Part shown: piece after piece, positions 39,998-51,789 of the stretch
Layout: the number at the start of each line of letters is the position of its first letter
Numbering within the stretch: the first letter of the stretch is position 1
Notes under the pieces: model-generated
Databases searched by the model: none
Told to the model about the DNA's origin: nothing
The model's input: the letters and a program-made list of their open reading frames with translations, nothing else
Source: Cenococcum geophilum
Lineage: Eukaryota
Length of the DNA stretch: 64,000 nt
Reading direction: 5' to 3'
NCBI GenBank assembly: GCA_050273025.1
Contig: CP158635.1
Coordinates: forward strand, 32,798,001 to 32,862,000
Position numbers and translations under genes: made by a program

Positions 39998-42900
39998 ATG
40001 GCGAGACGCAGGCGTACCAGCGTAATGCATACTACCGAGTTTAGGGAGCGGCCCTAGGATAACATAGGCGAACCTATATCGTCCTAGACAGAACCAGAAG
40101 CTATAGGTAAAGGGGATATATAGGAAGAAATACAACGGCTAGAGAACGAGAAGCTATAACTCCTAGAGTAAAGAAAACTACACTTGCTTAGGGAAGAGGT
40201 AGAAGTACTAAGACGGCGTTAACGCGGCAAGGTGATGTTAACTCCCGTTCCTAACCCATCTTTATAACCTTAAATAATCCTATTAAAGTACTTAGGGGGT
40301 AGCCTAATGCATTCAAGTCTTAAGCGGAGGGCTACTAACACATTAGGTGCTCCGTTAAAACGGGCCGTTAAAATAGAGAAGATTGCTTTATATTATAGTA
40401 AGTCTATATAAGAGCACCAAGACTTCCGCGACAGCTTAAAGCTGGCGTTCCGCCTAGAGCGCGACGGCTTCATAGATAAGGATACTAAAGTCGCGTTTAC
40501 TATACAATATATAAAGGGAACTAACCGAACCCTTTAGCTATAGTACAAAGATAACTATCTAGACACGTAGTTCACCTAGGAGGAGCTTATAGAATTCCTA
40601 CTTAACTAAATTAAAAGTCCTATTAATTAAGAACTCTATATAGCCCTAATCTATATAAAGGTAATATAGCAAACCAATTAACTAGTAAACGAGTTTGCTG
40701 CTTACCTAACCTCCTTAGAAGGGTAAATTAACCCTCCTTATGATGCAAAGCATTTAATAATACACCTATTTATAAAGCTGCGGCCAGAGCTACGGGTTAC
40801 TATTACCAACTATTAGGAATTCCCACAGACTTAAGACTAGCTAGTTTCCTTAGCTACCCTATTAAAGGAAAACTAAAAGAGCGCAAGCGCCCTATAGGCT
40901 AGAAGCAATAGGCGCGCCGTGAACTTAAATACCAAAACCACCTAGTTAGGTAACTTAGGAAAAGCGGACTCTAAAACCACCGCCGGCGATTTAACGGCGG
41001 GGCGAAGTAATACCGCCGGGGGTTTAATATAGCCTAAAGGAAACTACACAAAATGTAGGCAGCTAGGACATTAGTGGCGACAATATAAAGAGCAGTAATG
41101 GAATCAACCACTACCTAGTAGCATAAATACTACCTTTATACTGGGAAAAGATAAGCGCCCTTGGACCCCCTTATAGCCGTAGGGTGTAAGCTCCCACTAG
41201 ATTATAAGGAAGCTATTACTATCTTAGGTAAAGTCCTCCTAAAGAAGATCTGGAAGGAGACCTTAGTAATGCTTAATATCGGTGCTGAAGTAAATATAGT
41301 TAACTAGCGATTTACTATAGAGTGTAACTTTAAAACACTAAACATAGAGCTGCTTACCTACTCCTGGTTAAATAAGACTTAGGTATATTACTATAAGGCC
41401 TATAAGGTATTACTAAGAATAAAGGACAGCTGGGGTAAGATTAGGGAAGTAACCCTTATCTACTATAGAATGGCTAACGTAGCCCCTACTGTTACCCTAG
41501 GTATGCTAGGGTTAAAGAAGGCCCGACTTCTTATTAACTGCAAGGCAAAGGCGTGGCAATGGAAGCTAGACGGCTTGTCCCTATTACTATAAACCCTTAA
41601 GGGTTTCGCGGAGTCTCTTTAGACAGAATCTAGGGTCTTTGCCCTATTAACTTCTGGAGTAATACCTAGTAAGTAAAACAACGGCAGCTTACCGGTCCTC
41701 CCCCCGCAATTAAAGGAAGTTAATAATATCTTCTCCTATAAGGAAGCAGGAAAGCTACCCTAATACCACTAGGGCGACTATGCTATTGACTTAGAAGAGG
41801 GATAGGAGGCCCCGTATAGGCCGCTTTATAACCTCTTAGCTAAGGAGCTAGAAGTCCTAAGGGAGTACTTAGACGACGCCTTAACTAAAGGCTAGATCTA
41901 ACCAAGTACTAGTCCCGCAGGGGCACCTATCCTCTTCGTACCTAAAAAGGATAGGAAGCTATGGCTCTATATAGACTATAGAGGCCTTAATAAGGTAATA
42001 ATCAAGAATCGTCTCGCATTACCATTAATTAGTAAGACCTTAGACCGCTTAGTAGGTTCTAAGATCTTTACTAAGCTAGACCTAACGCATGCGTATTACC
42101 GCCTTCGTATCCGTCGTGGCGACAAGTAGAAGACGGCGTTCCGCACGCGCTACGGCCACTTTAAGTACTTAGTTTTGTCTTTTAGGCTAACTAACAGACC
42201 AGCAACCTTTTAGGGCTATATTAATCGGGCCTTATTAGGACTGGTAGACGTCTTTTATATAGTCTACCTTAATAATATTCTAATTTTCTCTAAAAATCCA
42301 AAGGAACATTAGCGCCACGTAGTAGAAGTGCTGCGTAAGTTGCGATAATACTAACTATATATAAACCTTAAGAAGTGCAAGTTTAGCGTATAGGAGATTA
42401 AGTTCCTAGGATACATCATTAGCCCTAAAGGCGTAGCAATAGATCCTAGCCAGGTAGAAGCTATTACTAAGTGGGAGAGCCCTTAATCCTATAGGGATAT
42501 CTAGGTCTTTTTAGGTTTTGCTAACTTCTATTATTAGTTTATCTATAAATACTCTACTATTGCAAAGCCTATTACTAATCTCCTAAAAGGAGCAAAGAAC
42601 GGCCGTAAAGCTGGGCCTTTTAATTAGCTAGAGGAGGCGGAGTAGGCAATGCGCCGGCTCTACAACGCCTTTATAACGGCGCCGTTCCTACAACACTATA
42701 CGCTAGGCTTACCGACCCAATTAGAGACTAATGCCTCTATATAAGGCCTAGTAGCAATTATATTATAGCTATTTAAAGATAGCCTTTAGTATCTAATAGC
42801 CTTCTAATCTAAGAAGCTTTCGCCAGTAAAGCGTAACTATAAAACCTATAATTAAGAGCTACTAGCTATTATGGAGGCTTTTAAGCATTAGAGACACTAT

Positions 42901-44880
42901 ATTAAGGGGCTATTAAGCCGCCTAGAAGTGCTCTTAAATTATAACAATCTAAAGGGTTTTATAAAAGTAAAAGCCCTTAATGGACGGCAAGCTAGATAGG
43001 CTATAACCCTAGCTGCCTATAACTTTATTATTAAGTATAGGGCGGGAAAAATAAACCCCGTAGACGCGCCGTTAAGGCGACCCCTAGGCGTAGGGGGTCC
43101 GCCAGAAGAAGATATTATGCTACTACTACTCTAAAGGACTTTAGGAATATAGGGCCACTAACTTAAGGTAAAAGTCCCATTAGGTATATAGGAAAGTGAG
43201 CCTTTTATAAAGGTATCGCTTTTATAGCTATAAGCCAGTAACCTAACGGAGGTACGCCTAGGCAATATAGTATTACAGTTTAACTAGGTAACCTATATGT
43301 ATACTATTAAGCAGCGTGTAATAAGGACCTAAGTTAGAGTAGTAAGCGCTTAAGAGAGTGCCTATAAGTCTAGCATGGAAACAGTTATTAAGCTTATTAA
43401 AGGACTTTAAATTATAGATAACTTTATGCTATAAAAGCGCAGTAATAGCGTAGATACGGCGAGACGCCGTTGACGCGCCCGCTTAAAGCTAGTGTGGCAG
43501 TTTAATTCTAATAGACTACTTTATTACCGCGGGAGGCTATATATGCCCCTAGACCTAACAGTTCGTATAAAACTCCTACAGATCCACCACAATAATGCCC
43601 TAGCTAGGCACTTTAGTAAGAAAAAGACTCTAGATCTACTTACGCGTAAGTACTACTAGCCTAGTATAAATGCGGACGTTATAAGCTACATCTCTACCTA
43701 TAATCTATACTAGCGTATATATGCGCCTTAACATCGCCCTTATAGCGAGCTCTAAGCGCTACCTTACCCGGATTAGCCGTGGCAAGAGATTATAATGGAC
43801 TTTATTATAGGCCTACCGCCTAGTAGATGAGGCAATAAGGTATATAACGCGATATACGTAATAGTTAACCGCTATACTAAGATGGCCTTATATCTGCCTA
43901 TAGTAAAAACTATTACTATAACCGAACTTGCGGATCTCTTCCTTAATAAAGTAGTACGCCGTTTTAGAGCCCCTAGAGGGATTATATTTAATTACGGTAG
44001 TATCTTTACTAGTAAGTTCTGGTCGGAGCTATACTTTACTGCGAGAATTAAATATAGGCTAAGTATGGCCTTTTACCCGCAAACGGACGGGTAAACAGAA
44101 CGCTAGAACTAAACCCTAGAGTATTACCTTCGTATGTTTTATAACGAAAAGCAGAGCAACTAGGTAGGCCTCTTATTGCTAGCTGAATTCGCCTATAATA
44201 ATGCTAAATATAGCATAACGGGTATAAGCCCGTTTTATGCCTGCTATAGGTTTTACCTACGTCTAGAATATAAGGTTAAGGCAGATAATAGTAGTTCTAT
44301 TCTAGCCGCCTCTAAGAGGATTAAAAGAATATCCCTTAAACGCGAAGCGCTGGCGAAGCGCTAGGAACACGCCGCTAAGGCATAGGCAAAATACTACGAT
44401 CGTTATTACTAACTATAGGCATATAAAGTAGGGGATTTAGTCTTACTATTAACTAAGAACCTTAAACTAAAAAGCTTAAGCAAGAAACTTATAGCACGCT
44501 TTATTAGACCTTTTAGTATAGCTAAACTAGTTGGAAAGTAAGCATACCGACTATATCTACCTATATCTTACCGTATCTACCTAGTGTTCTATATTAGCTT
44601 ACTAGAGCTATATAAACAACATAAGGGCACTACTAAAGACCCTCTACTAGGGCCTATTAAGCTAGACAATTAAGAGGACTAAGAGGACTAATATAAGGTA
44701 GAAGAAGTATATAGAAGAAAGGGACGTAACTAGACCCTACAGTACCTAGTTAAGTAGAAAGGCTGGCTAAAAGAGTATAATAAATAGGTTCTAGTAGAGG
44801 ACATTAATAAGGACGTAAAGGAGATATATAATAGTTACTTTACCCTAAGGGGCAAATAGAAAAGAAAGTAGGTAGGAGAA
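39998..44880 (+). pseudogene. gag-pol: G gag and pol (PR-RT-RNaseH-IN-chromodomain)
   Basis: gag ATG 39998 and knuckle C.KC.Q.GHW..QC ~41045; LD.GAE ~41275; [24 protein letters not shown] ~41910; YLDDILI ~42264; AFYPQTDG (ORF track); chromodomain QYLVKWKGWP ~44740. Confidence 0.93.
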
Positions 44881-44980
44881 TAAAAAACTTTTAATTATAA
44901 CTAGGATTACGCCCTACCAGTAGGGTAACAATAGAACGACGGCGGAGTAATGGTAGTATGCTAATAGAAATATAGATACT

Positions 44981-45765
44981 CTACAGCTCCAACAAATCCT
45001 CCCTCTCCTCCCCTCCTTCCTCTTCCTCCTCCTCTCCCTCCTTATCTTCCTTCTCCCCCTCCTTTTTATCCTCCTTACCCTTATCCTCCTTCTTATCCCT
45101 TATAATGGGAGGCATATTAGCCTACAGGTACTATTAGCATACGCTATAACGGCGAAACACCTGCGCTATGACACGTACTAAAGCGCGTATTATATTAAGA
45201 ATTCCTTTAAGAGTATAACGGATGGCCTATAATTCCTGCACTTAGAGTAAGGGAAAGTCTTTACCTTTTAGGCGCTAGCGGAGACTATGCTTGGCGCTAG
45301 TGCGCACTAAGGCCTTAATATCCTTCGTGAAGGACTTCTAGGCGGCAGCGACACGAGCGTTAAGGTTAGCTATATCTCCGCTAGCAACCCGCCGGCGCTT
45401 AGCCCTATTGATAAGGGTAAGTAGCTCGTTTAGGCGGCCATAGAAGGCCTTAGGGACCTAGTCTATTAGCTATCAGAACCTAAACTAACGCACTTAGACT
45501 TACTAGTTAACACGACTTATTTAGTTATTAGCAGTACCCGCAATTATAGTTGGCCTGCTTGCCGCAGGTGGCCTACCTAGCAGTGGCTATACGCTTGGCG
45601 TAACGGAGGTAGATTAGTTCTAGTAAGGCTAGGGAAGCGGCTTATAAGCGGTGTAGGAGCTTTAACGGCGTCTAGTAGGGTTAGCGATAGCTATAAGCTA
45701 GTATAAAGAATACTTATAGAAGGTTCCCTAGCAGGCGGACCAACAGCTTAGCGCTTACGATTTAT
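44981..45765 (-). pseudogene. Antisense four-exon gene in G: Zn2Cys6-like cluster, helical region, acidic tail (~211 aa)
   Basis: Three phase-0 introns (45672-45717, 45458-45503, 45122-45178), each with a GT donor (first one RIPed to AT), gctaa(c/t) branch site and TAG acceptor. Spliced frame is broken only by TAA/TAG RIP-type stops. CLRCAKRIATARQATCGKQAN.NCGYCQQLNKSC. Confidence 0.85.
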
Positions 45766-47485
45766 AGTTAATTAAAAGTTATAAAGAAGGTAAGCCGCAG
45801 GCTAGACAAATTAAAATTAAATAAGAAGGGAAATCTAATGTCCTACCTAGGTAGGAACTCTTACCTTTATAGATCTCTATAAGGTCCTATTATTACATTA
45901 TCCTATTATTATATTGTCCTATTATTACATTATCCGATTTACTTAAATTTGTTAAAAACTTTTTATTTAGAGAAGGACAATAATAGCACTCCTATTATAT
46001 AATAGCGTCGGCTAAGGACAGCCGCTTAAGAAGGGGGGGGCAATTATTAGGCTATAGAGACGCACTAGCCGTAACCGGCTTAGCGCAGGCGAGGCGCAGG
46101 CGAGGCGCCTATAAAACGTAGTTGCCCCGCACTAGAGAATAGCAGAATTTAGTTTTACAGTTCTACTTCATCAAGAACCAGATACTCTTTGCATCCCGTT
46201 ACTATTGTCATGTTATTACATGCCCTAAGGACCTTAGCGTCCTAACAAACTACGTCAAACCTTTTTAAAGGGGTAAGTTTGGTAATTTCTTTAAATATAT
46301 CCCTTTTTACTATATCTAAAGCATTCTCTATTTATAGCTTATATTCTTTATTTATTGGTTTCTAAAGGTATATAGGATTAAGTAGTATTAAGATCTATAG
46401 GGTTATATATAGGGCTTTTTAGTTTTAGAGATAGATTACGCTTTAGGGTATATACTAGGTTTATAAAGTTTTAAATATAAGGTATAGTTAGCTTTAGGGA
46501 ATAAGTCTATTTGTTATATTAAAGGTCTTTATTAATTTATTAACACATTATAGCAAATTTGGGTAAGTCCTTTAGCAGTTCTCTACCTACTAACTATGCT
46601 CTAATTTTATCTAAAATAGTTTAATAGAGAGCCGTAACTTTAGCGGCTTTATTCTAATCTAGTTTACTAATAAGGCCTAAAAATTCTAAAAAGAAGCTAG
46701 TAAAGTTTCGGTTCCGTTATTATAGGTTTTTAAGTTTAGTAATAGCTATGTGTTTACGGCTAGCGTTATTATATATTTATTCTAATAGAGAGATAAAGAT
46801 TTTAAAATTAATAAAGGTGCCGTTATAGAAGAATAGGTCTATAGTTTATACAGCGTCTTTACTTAATTAAAATATTCTATAACTAATCTTGCTAGCTTTA
46901 ATAGGGTATTAGTTATAGTTTATTAAAAATTTAAGATGGAGCTTAGTTATAAAGGGACGTAGGTTATTTTAATTTCTATTAAATATTAGAGCGTTAGGGA
47001 GCTTTTTAGATTTTATAGTAGGTATTAGGTTCGTTATAGGTATAGGTTAAGCTACCGTTATTAGTTTAGGGTTTGTATTTAATGTGTTAGGTTTATATAT
47101 AGTTATTTTTATTTTATTTATAGGTGTTACTATTAGGGTCTTTAACGTAAGTACTTTAAGGTTATAGAGTTCTTTGCGGATTGCTTCTATTAATTACTAG
47201 TACTAAGCTTCTAATATCCCTTACTGTTAGGCCAAAGCATCCGTAAAGAATTATTATATTATAGTTAACTGTTCCTTAACTAGGGCTATAATGCTTATAG
47301 TTAACGCGGAGGGTTTAAATTTATTTGCCATTTTAATAGTAGTTATATTAACGCAACGTAATATAAGGGCGTAAAGAGACTTTAGGGAATATTTAAAAGA
47401 ATAATATAAATTCTATCTAAATCTAAGGGTATATAGCTCTTGCTAAGAATAAGACGTTGCGTAAAGAAGAGAGAGGAATAATAAG

Positions 47486-50400
47486 TGTAGGTATCACCTG
47501 GGGGGGTACTGCAATTGCAATATAAGGTAACTGGTTCTTGGTTTTATTCGTGTTCTTCTTCGTCTACCAAAAGAGAAAGAAAGGGGTAGTAAAGGTCGGG
47601 CTATCTATTGGGCCGTAGGTGGTCAGGTAACCTACGCTACGCTATACAGCCCCTGCCGCATACGCTCTACGTGTAATACAATTTACAACCTCTACTTATA
47701 CAGACACTGGCGATATTTACAAAAAGGAAAGAAGGTAAAAAAGTATAAAGGAGAAGTATATAGGTTAACAGGTGCTCGGGGCAGTAATCGCGGATGTTTT
47801 AGGTATTGCGAATATTACGGATATTGTAGACGTTGCGGATATCGCTACGGATATTACGGATATCATAAATATTGCGGATATTGCGGTGGAAATAGGTAGG
47901 CGCGTATAAGGTGTTACCAAGGTGTCCTATAACGGAGCGTAGTTAAAGTTAAAACCGAAGGTGTGGCGACTTTAGAAGGTATAAGAGTTATAGAGCTATT
48001 GCAGACCGTAAGGGAAAATAGGTAAAAGGGCTAATAACCTATCCGTCATCGAAATGACAGTCAAAGAAGTTAATATTAACAGTGAAATTCTCCTTATTGT
48101 TACTCCTTACTATACTAGGTTCCGTACCACCAGGTTTTATACTACCAGTAAGGCCATAGACAAAGGCATTATTGTTTATAAACGTAACTATATTCTTAGC
48201 GGTTTCAATTAGTATTAGCCTATTTAAAGTTATAAAGTACTTAACACCATAGTCGTCGTAGAAGAAATTGCCGCTAGTGGTAGTTAAAACTATATCCTTG
48301 TCAAAGTCGTCGTTAATATTATTGTCCGTGAGGTACTAGTAGACACGTCTCTTAAAACCTTCTCTTGCTTTGTCACGTTCTTCTTTAGTATACCTAGTTA
48401 ACCAACAGTCTCCTTTCTTACATACGAAGCACGTCCTAGCGTTATTGCCGTAACAATTATTTAATAAGCTTGGTCAAGGCGTTGGTTAGTAGTAGCAACA
48501 GTTAGTAAAGAATATATCCGTAGGCTGTTTTATAGGCTATAAGAACACATTAGCAGGTTATCCTATAGTACTATTAATCTTCTTATAAGTAACGATTAAT
48601 AATCGTAGGCTGTTCATAAGGCCAGTAAGTGTGGTAGGTGGGTTTAAGCAAGCTGCCTAGTAAGCAGCGACGTCTTAACAAGCAACGATAGGCTTGTTAT
48701 ATAGGAAATCGTCATTACAGAGGTTAGTGTTAAGACCATGCTGTAAATAACGGAGGTCGTTAAGCAGTAGCTATAGACAGTCCCCTATAAACTTGCTTTT
48801 ATTTTTTATTATTACTATCTTAAGAGTAATAGCATTCCACTTTATTAGAATTCCACGCTTATATTCCAGTCCTTTAAAATAGTTATATATGGTATTACAG
48901 ATGCTGTTAAAGGTAGTATAGGTTACCTTATTCTTATAGTAGAAGTTAAAAGTAATACCACGTAGCATTATTAGAAAGCCTTTAATCTTTACCTCTTATA
49001 GTATACCAACTCTGTTATAAAGGTCGTTAAAAATCGTAAGCTTATGGTTAAAGTTATTATCCTCTCCGCTGTATTTGCTTTCCTCTATATATATCTTTAC
49101 TAGGGTTACTAAGTCTCTACCGTAGTTAATGGCGGCTATGACTTTTATAGAAGGAGCTATAACGTTCGTAGGTAAGGGAGGCTCGGTTATAGGGAGGTCA
49201 TTTAAGACAGCTGGGGTTGGGGTAGGTGACGTTAAGGGGGTTAATAAACGTGATTTAAGACGGCGGTTAATAACATATAAATTAAAGGGTCCTTCACTAT
49301 TGATATATAGCTTAATTTCTTCATCTAACCATTCCGTAGGGTCGTCCTTATGGGCAACGTCGTATAGTGCTTATGGTACTAACTTGCTCTTCTTATTAAA
49401 GACCCATACTCCATTACGTCGGAGTAGTTGTTTAAGTTCCTTAATTGCGGACCTATAAGCGTCCTTAAATGTCTATACCTCAAAATTATTAAAGTCCTCT
49501 TAGTATAATTCCCATAAGCTTTTGTCCTTAAAGTTGCGCTTAGTATACTTATTAATTTTAAAGTCAATATAGTTGGTAATATCTTTTACGGTAGTCTTAT
49601 TAGTTAGGGTAATCCCATTGCCCCAGTCCGGACGTTGAATTCCTATATTAGACATAATTAACTAGTATAAATCGTGGTATTCGTGGTAATCTTACGTGTT
49701 AAGTGGTTAATGTGATTTTCGACGTAGTAGATCTGCAAGGAAGGTAGCAGGCGGTGTCGGGGTTATAGGTACAGTCATAGGACAAAAGTCTCCGCGTCTA
49801 AGCGATTTTACACCAAAACTCACCATATTCGCAGTGCAATTTCTACTACTATAAATTATAAGTTTATTCTAAAAAATTTAATAATTAAAAATAAGTAGTA
49901 ATTTCAAAAGTCTACTTATTTAGATTTTTATTTAATAAAGAATTGGTTTAGTTAAATATACCCCAAAGTTAAGTATTCTAAAATTTAAGCGAATTTATAT
50001 GTAAAATGCCCTTTTTTTACCCTTCTCTAACTTTAGGGTATATTTAACTAAACCAATTCTTTATTAAATAAAAATCTAAATAAGTAGACTTTTAGAATTA
50101 CTACTTATTTTTAATTATTAAATTTTTTAGAATAAACTTATAATTTATAGTAGTAGAAATTGCACTGCGAATATGGTGAGTTTTGGTGTAAAATCGCTTA
50201 GACGCGGAGACTTTTGTCCTAGTACTGTAGATAGGTGCCGCTGACGCTGCTGGGTTGTGGGTTACTGCCGAAGCTACTGGGTGTACTGGCTCAGTAAAGA
50301 GGTTGTACTAGGTATTAGTATGCGTAATAGACGCGAACCAGACGAAGCCTTAATAGGAGCCAGTTCTTTAAGTTCCCAGGGCCTTAGTAGGAAGGGTTCT

Positions 50401-50721
50401 CCTTAGCAAACACAACGTGGTCGACGGGCCTTAGTAGGAGCAATCGCGTGGTGCCTCTCTTCGTAATAACACCTGGCTAATCTATAATATCACTGATCAG
50501 TGTGGGTATCACCTGGGGGGGTACTGTAATTGCAATATAAGGTAACTGGTTCTTAGTTTTATTCGTGTTCTTCTTCGTCTACCAAAAGAGAAAGAAAGGG
50601 GTAGTAAAGGTTGGGCTATCTATCGGGCCGTAGGTGGTTAGGTGACCTACGCTACGCCATGCGGCCCCTGCCGCATATGCTCTGCGCGTAATGCAATTTA
50701 TAACCTCTACTTGTACAGACA
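47486..50721 (-). mobile_element. Gag-only (internally deleted) Copia-like LTR element H, inserted in the LTR of F
   Basis: 221-bp LTRs at 47486-47706 and 50501-50721, TSD ATAAG; gag on the minus strand (~49650-48100) with KIY.EESKYSGED and knuckle CFVCKKGDCW; no PR/IN/RT seen. Confidence 0.9.
49772..50227. mobile_element. MITE (Tc1/mariner-like) with ~200-bp inverted arms
   Basis: TA TSD (49770-71, 50228-29), termini CAGT...ACTG, near-perfect inverted arms 49772-49971 and 50028-50227, ~56-bp spacer. Confidence 0.92.
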
Positions 50722-50915
50722 ATAAGAGAATTATATAATTAAATAGTTAGGGGCTTGATGGTTAATGCGTGCGTATATACGCACGCGATCTTTAACAGAC
50801 TTTGGTAGAATTTAATTAATCTAGCAGAATTTAGTAGAAGTCAATTAAGCTAGTAAAATTCGGCAGAATTTGGTCAAAGCGTTAGAATTTATTTATTAAG
50901 TGTTTTACCAAGACA

Positions 50916-51789
50916 TTCCTACTGTAACTGGGCTAGTCCAGTTATACTAAGGCTTTAGCTAGCTTGCTCTCTAGCTTTTTAGCCGCTACTAATATATAAA
51001 ACCCTATAATAAATTAGATAAGGTACTAGATAATTATATATAATTATAAAACACCTATATTTAGTATTAAAGATAGATTAAACATTGTAGAATAACTATA
51101 TATTTGCTTATATATACTTAGTGTATAAAGCAGGTTAATATCTAGATAGAGCTACGATTATAATATTTACTAACCTCTTCTTCGTAGGATAGCATAAGTT
51201 TATTAAGCGAAAGAATAAACAATATAAGCTAGTTACGCCGCTTAAATATAAAAGATTTAATAAGAGGTATTATGAATAAAGAAGGTTATTAAATTAAAGA
51301 TAGGAATACTATACCTTTAATAAACGACTTAGAGATATAGGATATTTTTAAGGATAAAGATAAAGAGGAGGTGGATAGTATTACGGACCTTATATAAGTA
51401 GTAGTAGCACTATTAAAAAGAGATATAAATGGGTTAGTTAAGACAGTATAAGAGGCGCTAGAATTAATCAAGCTATAGAATAAGGAGTAGCTAAGTTATA
51501 TAGCTAGTTATATTATAAGTTTGGAACGTAAAAATATAAGAATATAGGAACGTAAAGTACCAATATACTAACGTACTAATGTACTTAGTATATTTTATAG
51601 GCGCAGTATTATATACTTAAAGGACTATAATCCCTACCTTAAATACTTCTCCCCTTATAGTAAATCTTAGAATATAATTAGTGTTAATCTATTAGGCAAC
51701 CTACTTCACTAGTTACGTTTATATTATTAACTTTCCTATTTACCTATATACCCAGTCTATTAATAAGTCTACCGTAGTATTTCTTATAA
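50916..51789 (+). mobile_element. 3' fragment of a B-related Gypsy (E): partial antisense Cys-cluster gene, PPT and 3' LTR 51379-51789
   Basis: PPT aaagaggaggtggatag, LTR whose 3' half resembles B LTRs and is cut ~12 bp before its end by B3. Minus-strand MPP.KSS..KRRN.LV.FILSL.ELMPS...CAEC.QANM.S.C starts at 51270. Confidence 0.8.

Larger units (their letters stand above)
39659..46247 (+). mobile_element. Full-length Ty3/Gypsy chromovirus G (6.6 kb, RIP-inactivated)
   Basis: 203-bp LTRs at 39659-39861 and 46045-46247, TSD AACTA on both sides, PPT aagaagggggggg. Confidence 0.97.
38524..50915 (-). mobile_element. Minus-strand Gypsy F (5' LTR, gag, protease, start of RT), interrupted by G and H and cut by B2
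   Basis: GGLRFCVDYRALN at ~38525-38565, protease L.DSGA..IGFI at ~39400, gag start ~47330 with KLP.AP.F.GNR..LRPF. Probable 5' LTR at 47414-47485 plus 50727-50915. Confidence 0.8.

Noticed and set aside
49129..49458. 109-aa plus-strand ORF
   Set aside because: Antisense to the gag of element H.
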